Positions 49,526 to 58,429 of a stretch of 64,000 nucleotides of DNA are shown in pieces. The stretch is taken from assembly GCA_050506795.1 (NCBI GenBank), contig JBJHCF010000018.1, forward strand, positions 1 through 64,000, given 5' to 3'. How positions within the stretch are numbered: the first letter of the stretch is position 1; each line of letters begins with the position of its first letter. The notes beneath the pieces are model-generated. The model did not search any database and was not told the origin of the DNA. It saw only the letters and a list, made by a program, of their open reading frames with translations. The position numbers were made by a program, and so were the translations under genes. The DNA is from Opitutia bacterium. Its GTDB lineage: Bacteria > Verrucomicrobiota > Verrucomicrobiia > Opitutales > T3Sed10-336.

Positions 49526-50740
49526 TTATTGTTTGGATTCAGGATGAATCTCCTCCTTTGTTGGTTTCAGTTTCCACATGTAAAGCAGAAGAGGAATTCC
49601 TCCAGAAATTAAAATCAATACAATTACGACAAGCTTCATACCATCAGGTCTAGGACCTGTTGGTATACTAGCCTCCATAGCATACTCCCGAAAAAGACTG
49701 GTAATAAAAGGATCTTCCTTCGAGAACCATCCGGTTTCGCTCTCACTGGAAATCACGTACATCAACTCGTTTACATCACCAGCTTCACTCTTCATTCTAA
49801 GTCGGGAATCTTGAACAAACACGTCACTATTAATCTCCGGTCGATAGGACATGCCCGGATTTGAACGAAATTCCCACGAATTAAACTCACCTTTTACTAT
49901 CCACGTCGAGTGATCTTCGGGAGGATAACCCAAATAGGTTGTCGACGTAAATTCTGCTGGAAGGGTGATGCCATTCTCTAGTATTACCTCATTATTCCAA
50001 ACGACCTCTGTTGTGAGGGCTCCGTCAGTCGAACCGCGTTTGCTTTCCCATTGACGTATTAGCCGATCTGGGTTGCGAGCAAATCCTATCGAATCAATAT
50101 CGATCCGAGCTACCTCTTCCTCAGGTGTTAGCATATCAAAGCTCTTCTCCCTAATTATTGAAAGGTTCCGGGCCATAAGTGGCTCTTGTTCTATAATCTC
50201 TGCTTCATACCGAAATCCGTAAGCATTTATGTTTCCGCGTGGTTGTCTAAAAAGATTAATGATCTCCCCGGAGTCTCCACGCTTTTTTAAGAATTGTACG
50301 TTTCCAAGTGCATACCACAATGCATCGCGTGCGCAATCTTGTATTTTATTTATTGGAATATCACCTGAGCTTAAAAAAGCCGTGTCATTCGGTGTTCTGC
50401 CTTCTCGGATTATGTAGAAAAAATCTTCACCATCAAATGAGAACTCGATGTCGTGATCTTCGTGATGCCAATGATTGTTGAGCCTGAATAGAAAATTTCC
50501 GGACTTAGAAATTATAACAACAACATCCGCCGAATAACGCACACCTCTGGAGTTCACCTCGACGATTCCTCGACCCTCCCACGCCCCAACGTGATTCTCT
50601 GGGGCCACATCCCCGGAAGGCTCTAATGAAGGCGCGTCTTGCGCGAACACGATTATTGGGCTCATCGTTATAATTCGAAAGAGTATTATTCCTCTTAAAA
50701 TTAATTGATGAATTCCCGTTTTAAATCGTCGTTTTCGCAT
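49526..50740 (-). CDS. Exported hypothetical protein with C-terminal TM anchor
   Basis: Signal peptide (VFA-QD); C-terminal LVVIVLILISGGIPLLLYMW followed by Lys residues; AT-rich. Confidence 0.7.
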   Translation of the reverse strand: MRKRRFKTGIHQLILRGIILFRIITMSPIIVFAQDAPSLEPSGDVAPENHVGAWEGRGIVEVNSRGVRYSADVVVIISKSGNFLFRLNNHWHHEDHDIEFSFDGEDFFYIIREGRTPNDTAFLSSGDIPINKIQDCARDALWYALGNVQFLKKRGDSGEIINLFRQPRGNINAYGFRYEAEIIEQEPLMARNLSIIREKSFDMLTPEEEVARIDIDSIGFARNPDRLIRQWESKRGSTDGALTTEVVWNNEVILENGITLPAEFTSTTYLGYPPEDHSTWIVKGEFNSWEFRSNPGMSYRPEINSDVFVQDSRLRMKSEAGDVNELMYVISSESETGWFSKEDPFITSLFREYAMEASIPTGPRPDGMKLVVIVLILISGGIPLLLYMWKLKPTKEEIHPESKQ

Positions 50741-50755
50741 AAAAGAATAACTTTA

Positions 50756-51241
50756 TTAGGTTAACGCACCGGCGCTGGACGAGGGACTTGACGGCACTCT
50801 GTACATTGAAGCCAAGAGGATACCGTAGCTTCCCACCAATAAAACTCCCAGCAACCCCATTGAGATCCATTCAGCCGCTTGTGGCGAGATCCCAAGTACA
50901 TCAGTCAAATTTCCCAGGCATCCGCAGGGCCTTTGCCAATCGACCGCCCATATACCGACCCGATATACCAAAAACCCGGAGGCAATCCATGCCACCATGA
51001 GAGTACTTAAGGCTTCCCGCTTTGAGAAAAAGCAGAATCCTGCAACAACAAGCTCCGCGAGCCCGACAGCAAACATCAGGTACCGAAACTCTACTCCAAA
51101 GATCGGATCGGACACCTGGAGCAGAGTCGTGTCGCCCGTGACGGTGAAGAGCTTCGCCAATCCCGTAACCGCCAAGATGATTCCCGCCGCAATCAAGAAC
51201 CGGCGTCCGTTGGGACTGACTTTGGCAGTAAGAAGATTCAT
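50756..51241 (-). CDS. MauE/DoxX-family redox-associated membrane protein
   Basis: Four TM segments; TGLAK, GLAE and RPCGCLG motifs. Confidence 0.8.
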   Translation of the reverse strand: MNLLTAKVSPNGRRFLIAAGIILAVTGLAKLFTVTGDTTLLQVSDPIFGVEFRYLMFAVGLAELVVAGFCFFSKREALSTLMVAWIASGFLVYRVGIWAVDWQRPCGCLGNLTDVLGISPQAAEWISMGLLGVLLVGSYGILLASMYRVPSSPSSSAGALT

Positions 51242-51404
51242 GGGTTAGGTTTTGAGGCTCAGGAGGTATTTCTAAGTTTCAAGTTAGAGGTTCAATTCGT
51301 CCTGTTCCCTATGCGACAAGAATGAAAATGAAGGTATTTTCATCTCATTCAAGGAAAAGGTTCGACGCTTTTCGGACATTTCTACGTTTTCCGGACATTA
51401 TCGA

Positions 51405-51848
51405 TTATTTTTTCCTCCTTAAACGTACGAATTCCACGCTGCATTGTGCCAGTTTCGATAGCTCGTCCACCGGTATGCTTCCATCGGCGTCCAATAGGCC
51501 GGGATTCTTCGCGAGCATCCGTTCGACCGTTTTGTCCGGGTTCACTATGAACTCACGCGGCGAGCAGTCGAATTGACGGCGAAATGCCGCGGTGAAGGTG
51601 CCCACCCGATCGAAACCCAACTCGTAGGCTGCGCCGGAGATGTGTTTGGATCCAAGAAGGAGCGGCAGGGATTTCCAGATTCGAATTTGATTGAGCCACT
51701 TGCTGGGAGAGGTCCCACAGCGAACCCTAAAATACCTTCTGAGTTGACGCCGGGAGACACCGCACTCCTCCGCCAACCCCGAAACGCCATACTTGGCGCG
51801 TTCCGCTTTCTCCATCCAATCCTCGATCAAGTCCAGGGTACTGCTCAT
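51405..51848 (-). CDS. Stand-alone AraC-type HTH regulator without a sensor domain
   Basis: LAEECGVSRRQLRRYF...SP..W...R and AYELGF....F..AFRRQF.CSPREF. Alternative ATG at 51971. Confidence 0.85.
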   Translation of the reverse strand: MSSTLDLIEDWMEKAERAKYGVSGLAEECGVSRRQLRRYFRVRCGTSPSKWLNQIRIWKSLPLLLGSKHISGAAYELGFDRVGTFTAAFRRQFDCSPREFIVNPDKTVERMLAKNPGLLDADGSIPVDELSKLAQCSVEFVRLRRKK

Positions 51849-51976
51849 TTGGGATATCGGGGTTGATTCTAAAATGATTTCGAGCGATCCGCGGATCGCA
51901 TTCCTATTGGAAGCTCTTCTCCCGAATCGTCCCGTCGCTGCCGTGGGCAAAAATAAGCTCGCGCAGGCCATTTGTT

Positions 51977-51998
51977 AGAGAGAGAGAGAGAGAGAGAG
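51977..51998. repeat. (AG)11 dinucleotide microsatellite
   Basis: 22 nt of perfect AG repeat upstream of the AraC gene. Confidence 0.95.
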
Positions 51999-52163
51999 GC
52001 GGGCTGGGTCCGGTTGTCGGTTATTCTTTGTTGGTTAATGGGTTGAATCATTCTCGGTCTCCTTTTCGTGCTTTTTGTGTGTTTCGTGGTTGATCCGTCT
52101 TTTTTTTATTAAACCAAACACCAGGAACAAAGAACCAGGCACAGTCCCGAGACAGCGGGACTT

Positions 52164-53147
52164 TCACCACCAAAAGGTCGGGTGCGGGGGATTGGGTTCG
52201 AATTTTTCATCGTCCATGTCGGCGAAATCGCGCCAGGCGACGTGGCCGTCGAGGAAAAGGATGTTTCCGCCAGCGGGCGCCGTTCCTTCAAGGTGGTTGC
52301 TGCTGTCGGGGAAGCGGGAGCCGCCCGGTATCGCGTGGAAATTCCCGTCGCGCCCGTCGATCGACAGAGTCGCGTCAACCGCCAATTCTCTTTGGCTTGC
52401 GGATACAAGCTCGTATTCCGGTTGGCGGCCTTCCGACACCAAAACCCGCACCGGGTCTCTGAGGTGAGTGTTCGTGTAACGGGGATAAATCGAGGGAGTG
52501 TGTTCCAGCAGCAATACGTAACGGATCACCCGAAACCCTTCTTTGGCGAATTCGTCACCCGCAGTGTCGGTGACCGCGAAGTCCCACAATTCAAAGCGAT
52601 CTTCGTAGCTTCCCGAGCGGCAGAAAAACATATCCCGCTCTCCCCCGCCCACCCGTATGAGCGCGTCGAGCACGTTCACCGTGACATCCCACGGCCACAG
52701 CCCTCCCTGCTCTTCATCCATAGCCGGCAGTCGATCGTTGTGGTCGTTGGCGTAAAGCTGGAAACTCGTTCCAATCTCGCGCAGGTTGTTCGCGCAATGG
52801 GAACGCCGGGCGGACTCGCGCACACGCGAAGTCACCGGTAACAGAATCACCGCCAATATGGCGATCACCGCAATGGCGGTCAGCAGTTCCAACAATGTGT
52901 AGCCCGTATTGAGGCGTGGTAAATTATCTCGCAACGGCGTTTCCTGTGAGTTGTCCTTAGCTCCTATAACTCCCCTATCCGCCGCGAATTCAGAGCCCAC
53001 ACAGTAGGTCCGAGTTTCAGCCGGACCGTTCGGAGCGCTCCGGTCTCCGAGTGCTGCACCCCTCGAACCAACTCCAAATTGTAAAATGTCGGAATGCGTC
53101 GCTGTGCTGAAATTCATAGACTTCATCCTTCTGACTTCGTAATCCAT
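52164..53147 (-). CDS. Prepilin-type N-terminal cleavage protein with an H-X9-DG-like C-terminal domain
   Basis: G|YTLLELLTAIAVIAILA, C.NNLREIG and NH...GGNILFLDGHV, ending FWW. Start uncertain (ATG 53147 or TTG 52934). Confidence 0.88.
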   Translation of the reverse strand: MDYEVRRMKSMNFSTATHSDILQFGVGSRGAALGDRSAPNGPAETRTYCVGSEFAADRGVIGAKDNSQETPLRDNLPRLNTGYTLLELLTAIAVIAILAVILLPVTSRVRESARRSHCANNLREIGTSFQLYANDHNDRLPAMDEEQGGLWPWDVTVNVLDALIRVGGGERDMFFCRSGSYEDRFELWDFAVTDTAGDEFAKEGFRVIRYVLLLEHTPSIYPRYTNTHLRDPVRVLVSEGRQPEYELVSASQRELAVDATLSIDGRDGNFHAIPGGSRFPDSSNHLEGTAPAGGNILFLDGHVAWRDFADMDDEKFEPNPPHPTFWW

Positions 53148-53157
53148 CCTTGCCCTC

Positions 53158-53880
53158 TCACCACCAGAACATCGGCATGCCCCGTACTTTGGTGTCGTCC
53201 ATGTCCTCGAAATCGCGCCAGGCGACATGGCCGTCGAGAAACAGGATGTTCCCCCCGGCCGGACGGGTCCCGTCAAGATGGTTCGTGCGGTCGGGCCGCT
53301 TCTCGCCAGGGTAGGTGTTGCGGTCGAAGGTTCCGTGCCGGCCCCCGGTGAACGAAATAACCGCGTCCACCGCCAGTTCCTTTTCCCCCGCCGCCGGGTC
53401 ATTTCCCGATAACGGCAAACGCGCATGCGTGTGTTCCGGACGCACCCGGGGAACTCCCTCCAACAGTAGAACGTAGCCTATCACCCGATATCCCTCTTCC
53501 CATTGTCCGAAACCTCTCACGCCCAGATTCCAAAGCTCCTCGCTCGCATTCACCGGCCCCGAAGGGCAGTAAAAGGTGTCCCGCACCGTTCTCCGTTGCA
53601 GGAGTTCCCTCAGCACCGCCACCGAAGTGTCCCAAGGCCATTCCCCGGCACCCTCCATAACCGGCAAACGCCCTCGGTGCTCTGAGGCGAAAATCTCCAA
53701 GGCGCCCCCGATATTGCGCAGATTGTCCGCGCAAGCGGCCCGCCGCGAATTTTCCCGCACGCCCGAAAGCACCGGAATCAGAACGGCCGCCAGGACGGCC
53801 AACACCCCAACCACCACCAACGCCTCGACCAGGGACAATCCAGCGCAGCTTCGGAACCTGCTTTCAGATAACTTACTCAT
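53158..53880 (-). CDS. Prepilin-type protein with an H-X9-DG-like domain, tandem paralogue
   Basis: G|LSLVEALVVVGVLAVLA, C.DNLRNIG, WPWD, FYCPS and GGNILFLDGHV, ending FWW. Confidence 0.88.
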   Translation of the reverse strand: MSKLSESRFRSCAGLSLVEALVVVGVLAVLAAVLIPVLSGVRENSRRAACADNLRNIGGALEIFASEHRGRLPVMEGAGEWPWDTSVAVLRELLQRRTVRDTFYCPSGPVNASEELWNLGVRGFGQWEEGYRVIGYVLLLEGVPRVRPEHTHARLPLSGNDPAAGEKELAVDAVISFTGGRHGTFDRNTYPGEKRPDRTNHLDGTRPAGGNILFLDGHVAWRDFEDMDDTKVRGMPMFWW

Positions 53881-53936
53881 GGGGAGAACTTTCTGTGATT
53901 TTCTACCGAGGGCTGGGTGCGGCGTGGAAAAGTGAA

Positions 53937-54875
53937 CTAATAACCGTCAACAGCACATTTTATTGAGTTTCCAGCCGGACGCAAGACTTTCTTTCTCAAT
54001 GACCAAAGATTTTTCCAACGGAATTGCTCCCGAAAATGATAGTCCGGCCTGAGCAAATGTCGCGGCAGGCTTTCGGTCGACGTCTCGATCTCCAGAACCC
54101 GCAACTGAAACGTTGAAACCGTCGGGTTTCCGTCTTCATCGAGGTTCCAATTTTCGATGATACGCGGAATTCCATCCGGACCAAGCCGCAACGTATGGTA
54201 CAGCCTCATTCGAATCGCGTCTTCCTGAAGGCTGCCCGATGTGTAATTCACGTGAATCGTTTCCAGGGAATCCGCGTCCAACCACACTCTTCCATCTTGC
54301 CGATCATAGGGGCCGACGATTGAAAACGATCCATCGTTCAGATAGGTCTCTTCGACCAGATAACCGCCTCTGATTCCCAAGGTGATAAACGAGCGATCCA
54401 GCCGGCTATTAGTATCGCTCAAGAGCAACGTCTGGCTGTGTCTCGCTTCGTCCGTGGACGTCTCGATCACGGGATCATAAAGATCGGTAAGGGTAAGAAA
54501 TCCATCGTCCGCTAGCGCCCAAACCGTATCCCCAAATCTCCCCGCTGCCCTCACACCTGAAACAACCGCCTCGGAATCGAGATCCTCCAACCGCTCCGCA
54601 ACTTTGGAGACAAAGTCGCCCGAGTCGTAAATCAAAAGAAAATATCGTTTGCGTTCGCCCCCGGTTGCTTCGATGACCAACCGTTCAATAACAGGGGGTG
54701 TCCGCATTCGCTCAAGGAGTGCCGCCGCGTCACTGGCAGAATAAGCCGGCGATTGTGACACGACAAGGACGCCGAAAACCGGTAATATGAGCGCAAAGGC
54801 GTTCCGGCGAGCCCGCATGATCCACGTAGCGATCGAAGGCCGGTTGCGACATCCTGGTCCCGTTGGAAAATTCAT
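53937..54875 (-). CDS. Exported hypothetical protein, paralogue of 55103-56197, apparently lacking the C-terminal anchor
   Basis: Shared blocks PP.I.R, IYD.SG.F, TDL, NSRL.R.F.T.G and R.LEIETS. Confidence 0.65.
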   Translation of the reverse strand: MNFPTGPGCRNRPSIATWIMRARRNAFALILPVFGVLVVSQSPAYSASDAAALLERMRTPPVIERLVIEATGGERKRYFLLIYDSGDFVSKVAERLEDLDSEAVVSGVRAAGRFGDTVWALADDGFLTLTDLYDPVIETSTDEARHSQTLLLSDTNSRLDRSFITLGIRGGYLVEETYLNDGSFSIVGPYDRQDGRVWLDADSLETIHVNYTSGSLQEDAIRMRLYHTLRLGPDGIPRIIENWNLDEDGNPTVSTFQLRVLEIETSTESLPRHLLRPDYHFREQFRWKNLWSLRKKVLRPAGNSIKCAVDGY

Positions 54876-55102
54876 GGATTTGCTTGAGGTTCGAAGGCAA
54901 CAGAGCGAAGAATCGACGCCATGTCGACAGGATAAACGTTAAAATGTGCGAAAAGCGTACACGCTAGTCGTTGAGATAGTACATGGTCAATTGATTACAT
55001 GAGGAAAAATGTTTTTGAGAGGAAGGCTAAAAATGTCGTCCGGATATGGATTTTGAACTGAACTTCCGCCTCCTTCGAGACAATCTCCGATTTTATTCGA
55101 AC

Positions 55103-56197
55103 CTAACCATCGTCTTTCTTGACCCTATTCTTCCCGCCGCGGAACAGCCAAAAAAGCATGGCGGGCAATAAGAGAGCCACAGGCCCCACTACAGCGACGA
55201 ACGCCACTGGATTAATACGACCTCCGAACAGTGCTACCGGTCGCACCTCATCGACGATTTCCCTTCTTCCGATGGACCGCTCGGTCAGGTTGCTTATAAT
55301 TATAAATCCCCCCGTCAAATGGCCTTCCGGAAGAAACAGGTGGTCGGCGATACCGTCTTCACTGGTTTCGATCTCCAGGATCCTCCCTCCTAACAATTTC
55401 CGCATGGCTTCGCCCTCCGGATCCATTTCCCAAAACTCGAATGCTCGAGCAATTCCGTTGTCATCGATCGTACCCTCGACCAAAAAGCTTCGCGCGGAAT
55501 CCGGAACCTCCATTCGTTCGGAACGGAAAGTGGTACGGAATTCGGTTTCTCCCAATTCGCCGCTTCGAAACTCGATTCGTCCTTCCTGTTTATCGTCCCT
55601 GCCGACAAATAGGAATGAGTTACCTCTTAACTCCACATCTCCTACATAATCAGTCGGAACTCCATAGGTGAGAAACGCACGCCCCAATCGCGAGTTGTAC
55701 ATCGTTCGGAAGACTACGGATTCGTGCATCCCTTCGTCACGCTCATCTTCGATTATCGCCTCGTCGAGATCGGTCGCCAAGAATTCACCGTAACTGTCGA
55801 TTGACCAGATAAATCCCCCCAATTTTCCTTGGGCGAAAGAAATTCCACCTCGCACGAAGCTGTCGGAGAATAAGTCCTCCCGGTCGTCCGCTGCTCGTAT
55901 AAAGAAATTTCCGGAACGATCGTAAATCATGTGGACGTAAAAGATGTCCCCATCAGGTCTGGTTCGTTCGGCCACCATTCGGGTTATGGTCGGCGGATCG
56001 ATAAAATTCACCAGGATTTCTTCGTCCGACTGAGCAACTGTATGACAATCAAGAAGAGGAAGAAGGATAAGAGCACCCAGCCATTTCTTGAATATCCGGG
56101 ACAAAGGTGAAACCCTGGAAACTCCACTTACAGGAACACTCATGTCAGCCTTTGTATTACCTCGTTTGCTGATGATTGCAGGAATAGGTTGAATCAT
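55103..56197 (-). CDS. Exported hypothetical protein with C-terminal TM and basic tail
   Basis: Signal-like LGALILLPLL..VA-Q; C-terminal VAFVAVVGPVALLLPAMLFWLF-RGGKNRVKK. True start may be the ATG at 56143. Confidence 0.7.
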   Translation of the reverse strand: MIQPIPAIISKRGNTKADMSVPVSGVSRVSPLSRIFKKWLGALILLPLLDCHTVAQSDEEILVNFIDPPTITRMVAERTRPDGDIFYVHMIYDRSGNFFIRAADDREDLFSDSFVRGGISFAQGKLGGFIWSIDSYGEFLATDLDEAIIEDERDEGMHESVVFRTMYNSRLGRAFLTYGVPTDYVGDVELRGNSFLFVGRDDKQEGRIEFRSGELGETEFRTTFRSERMEVPDSARSFLVEGTIDDNGIARAFEFWEMDPEGEAMRKLLGGRILEIETSEDGIADHLFLPEGHLTGGFIIISNLTERSIGRREIVDEVRPVALFGGRINPVAFVAVVGPVALLLPAMLFWLFRGGKNRVKKDDG

Positions 56198-56409
56198 TCC
56201 AGGATCCCTTTCCGTGTATTTCGTGTATTCCGTGGTTTATCCCTCTTTCCCATCCCTTCCGATGCCCTAGCCTCATCGGCGGAAGCGCCGTTGCCACTTT
56301 ATGATTGCTCCGCCATCTTCGTCACGCCTCATCCATTCGCACCGCGAGATGCACGCTGGAAGCGTGCCCTACTCTTCTGATTCTTGGGTTCTCATTGGCT
56401 CCCTTGCCA

Positions 56410-56540
56410 CTCGTCCCTCGACCAGCGAGAATCCACCGCCGCTTCGGAATCCGCGTTCAGATAACTTGCTCATGGGGAGAATTTTCTGCGATTTTCTGCC
56501 GAGGGTTGGGTGTGGCGTAGAAAAGGTGAACTAATATCCG
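56410..56540 (-). pseudogene. Duplicated upstream region and 5' stub of a prepilin gene
   Basis: Near copy of about 53825-53945. ATG 56473 reads MSKLSERGFRSGGG|FSLVE, then diverges and stops. Confidence 0.8.
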
Positions 56541-56729
56541 ATAACAGCAGCTTTTAATGATTTTCCAGACTGGCGCAAGCATTTCTGTTCCAGGGTCAGG
56601 ATCTTCTCTCGCGCGGAAGCGCAGCGACGCCGAGGGGGATAGAAATTGTCGGTTGTTGGTTGGTCGATTAAACAAAGGCCGAAACGGGGTGCCACAAAGG
56701 GTGCGACGAGCGCGATCTCCCCGTGATAA

Positions 56730-57155
56730 ATCCTACTTTGGCAAGTTTACCGAAAGCCACGCCGGGTTTTAAGGTATTGCTGAACTGTGAAGGTTCTCAC
56801 GGAATTTTTGCCCACAATCCAGTGCCTTTCCCCTTTCGTGTGTTTCGTGCCCTTTCGTGGGCAAATCAAGCCGTCGTTCTCGCAGGAAATCAGCCCACGA
56901 AACACACCAAACACACGAAAAACGAACCGCTGACTCCCCGCGGAAAAGAAGTTTGGTTGCGGCTACGCCGCCCTGGGAAATCTGTGGTAGACCGGTTTCC
57001 GGTTCGGATCATCGGACTTCGACGAGTTCAGATCACAAGATACCCGCGCGGCCATGCGGGAGCATGGCCCTCGAGAAGAATGAGCATCATTGTAGGAGAA
57101 ATCTCGGTGTGCTCTCACCGGCCTGAGCTCGTCGAGGGCGTGACTTCGTGTGAGA
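56730..57155. repeat. Cluster of repeat fragments: partial modules A and B and inverted 9-mer arrays
   Basis: 56730-56800 matches module A; TTTCGTGTG-type array 56834-56862 is inverted against 56893-56920; B palindrome near 57050; GAGCTCGTCGAGGG motif near 57125. Confidence 0.7.
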
Positions 57156-57275
57156 ATCCGTCCCTTTGTCCTATGAGCCCTGCTTATCCATCAGTGTTCA
57201 TCAGTGGTTAAATTCTCTTCTCATCCAACAAGTTCATTCGCTAATTTCCAGGTTGAATCCGCTAAATCGTCGCTC

Positions 57276-57310
57276 TTGACAATGTGTATAATCCATGAAT
57301 AACTACACAT
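57276..57310 (+). promoter_or_regulatory. vapBC promoter/operator candidate
   Basis: TTGACA at 57276-57281; inverted repeat ATGTGTA (57282-57288) / TACACAT (57304-57310) overlapping the start. Confidence 0.5.
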
Positions 57311-57512
57311 GATGAGGACCAATATCGAAATCGACGACCAGCTGCTGCAAAAGGTCCGGAAGATCCGCCCGCACGCGACAAAACGGGCCGTTGTCGAGGA
57401 GGGACTCAACCTGCTCGTTCAACTGGGCCAACAACAGCGCCTGCGCAAATTCCGTGGCCGCCTGAAATGGGAGGGCGATCTCGAAGCCATGCGAAGCGAT
57501 GGTCCTCGTTGA
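57309..57512 (+). CDS. vapB: VapB-family antitoxin
   Basis: MRTNIEIDDQLL, TKRAVVEEGL and WEGDLEAMR motifs. Confidence 0.9.
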   Translation: MMRTNIEIDDQLLQKVRKIRPHATKRAVVEEGLNLLVQLGQQQRLRKFRGRLKWEGDLEAMRSDGPR

Positions 57513-57909
57513 CTCAACGGTCTGGATCGACTGGTTCAACGGCGTCGACTGCTGGCAAACAAACGCCCTCGACGACTTACTTGATAACGAATTGATTGCG
57601 GTCGGTGACCTTATTCTGGTCGAGGTTCTTCAGGGATTCCGGTCGGAAAAGGACTTCCGAACCGCCAGACACCTGTTGTCGTCTCAGATCACCGTTCCGC
57701 TTTGCGGTGTCGATGTGGCCATCGAAGCCGCCCGCCACTTTCGATTCCTCCGCACAAAAGGCATTACCGTCAGAAAAACGATCGACACAGTTATCGCGGC
57801 CGCATGCATCCGCGCCGGATGGCGACTCTTGCACAATGATCGCGACTTCTACCCTTTCGAAGAATTCCTGGGCCTGCAGGTGGTGTCTCCGGGAACGGAT
57901 GAAGATTGA
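57499..57909 (+). CDS. vapC: VapC-family PIN toxin
   Basis: LVDSTVWID, EVLQG, RKTIDTVIA and LLHNDRDF motifs. Confidence 0.92.
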   Translation: MVLVDSTVWIDWFNGVDCWQTNALDDLLDNELIAVGDLILVEVLQGFRSEKDFRTARHLLSSQITVPLCGVDVAIEAARHFRFLRTKGITVRKTIDTVIAAACIRAGWRLLHNDRDFYPFEEFLGLQVVSPGTDED

Positions 57910-57910
57910 G

Positions 57911-58426
57911 GTGAATACGCACGGAATCGATACGTTTCACTTCGCCGATGACGGCCGCACGCCGAATCATCCGCGATTTCCGGTTATCTTCTATCGTGCC
58001 GCGTTTCCGGGGACCGGCGACCGGGGCGACGCGATCGAGCGGTGCTTCCGCGAGAACGGCTGGCGGGGAACGTGGCGCTGGGGCGTGTATCCGTTCCATC
58101 ATTACCACTCCGAGGCGCACGAAGTCCTGGGTTGCGCGCGCGGGGAAGCGCTCATTCGTTTGGGCGGCGAAAGCGGATGCGATGTCCGGCTGACCGCCGG
58201 CGACGCCGTCTTGCTGCCCGCCGGAACCGGCCACTGCTGCCTGGAGAACTCGTCCGATTTCCAGATGGTCGGCGCCTACCCTCCCGGTCAATCGGTCGAC
58301 CTGATCCGATCCGGAGAGGGCGACATCGCCCGCGCCCGGGAGCGGATCCTCGCCGTTCCCATTCCCTCAACCGATCCCGTCACCGGCCCCGACGGCCCGC
58401 TCCATCGGTACTGGGGGAAAGGCTGA
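57911..58426 (+). CDS. Cupin domain protein (YjlB-like)
   Basis: PNHPRFP, FHHYHSEAHEVL, GDAVLLPAGTGH, VGAYP and DPV.G..GPL..YW motifs. Confidence 0.88.
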   Translation: MNTHGIDTFHFADDGRTPNHPRFPVIFYRAAFPGTGDRGDAIERCFRENGWRGTWRWGVYPFHHYHSEAHEVLGCARGEALIRLGGESGCDVRLTAGDAVLLPAGTGHCCLENSSDFQMVGAYPPGQSVDLIRSGEGDIARARERILAVPIPSTDPVTGPDGPLHRYWGKG

Positions 58427-58429
58427 TCC

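Noticed and set aside
51405..52051. Microsatellite-controlled in-frame fusion of the leader ORF to AraC
   Set aside because: A TAA immediately after the tract closes the AraC frame, so no repeat number gives a fusion.
53148..53426. N-terminal 93 aa of the 420-aa ORF
   Set aside because: It overlaps the upstream pilin gene in another frame.
52164..53880. Diversity-generating retroelement template/variable repeat pair in the two pilin 3' ends
   Set aside because: Both copies are coding paralogues, the differences look mostly synonymous rather than adenine-specific, and no reverse transcriptase is present.
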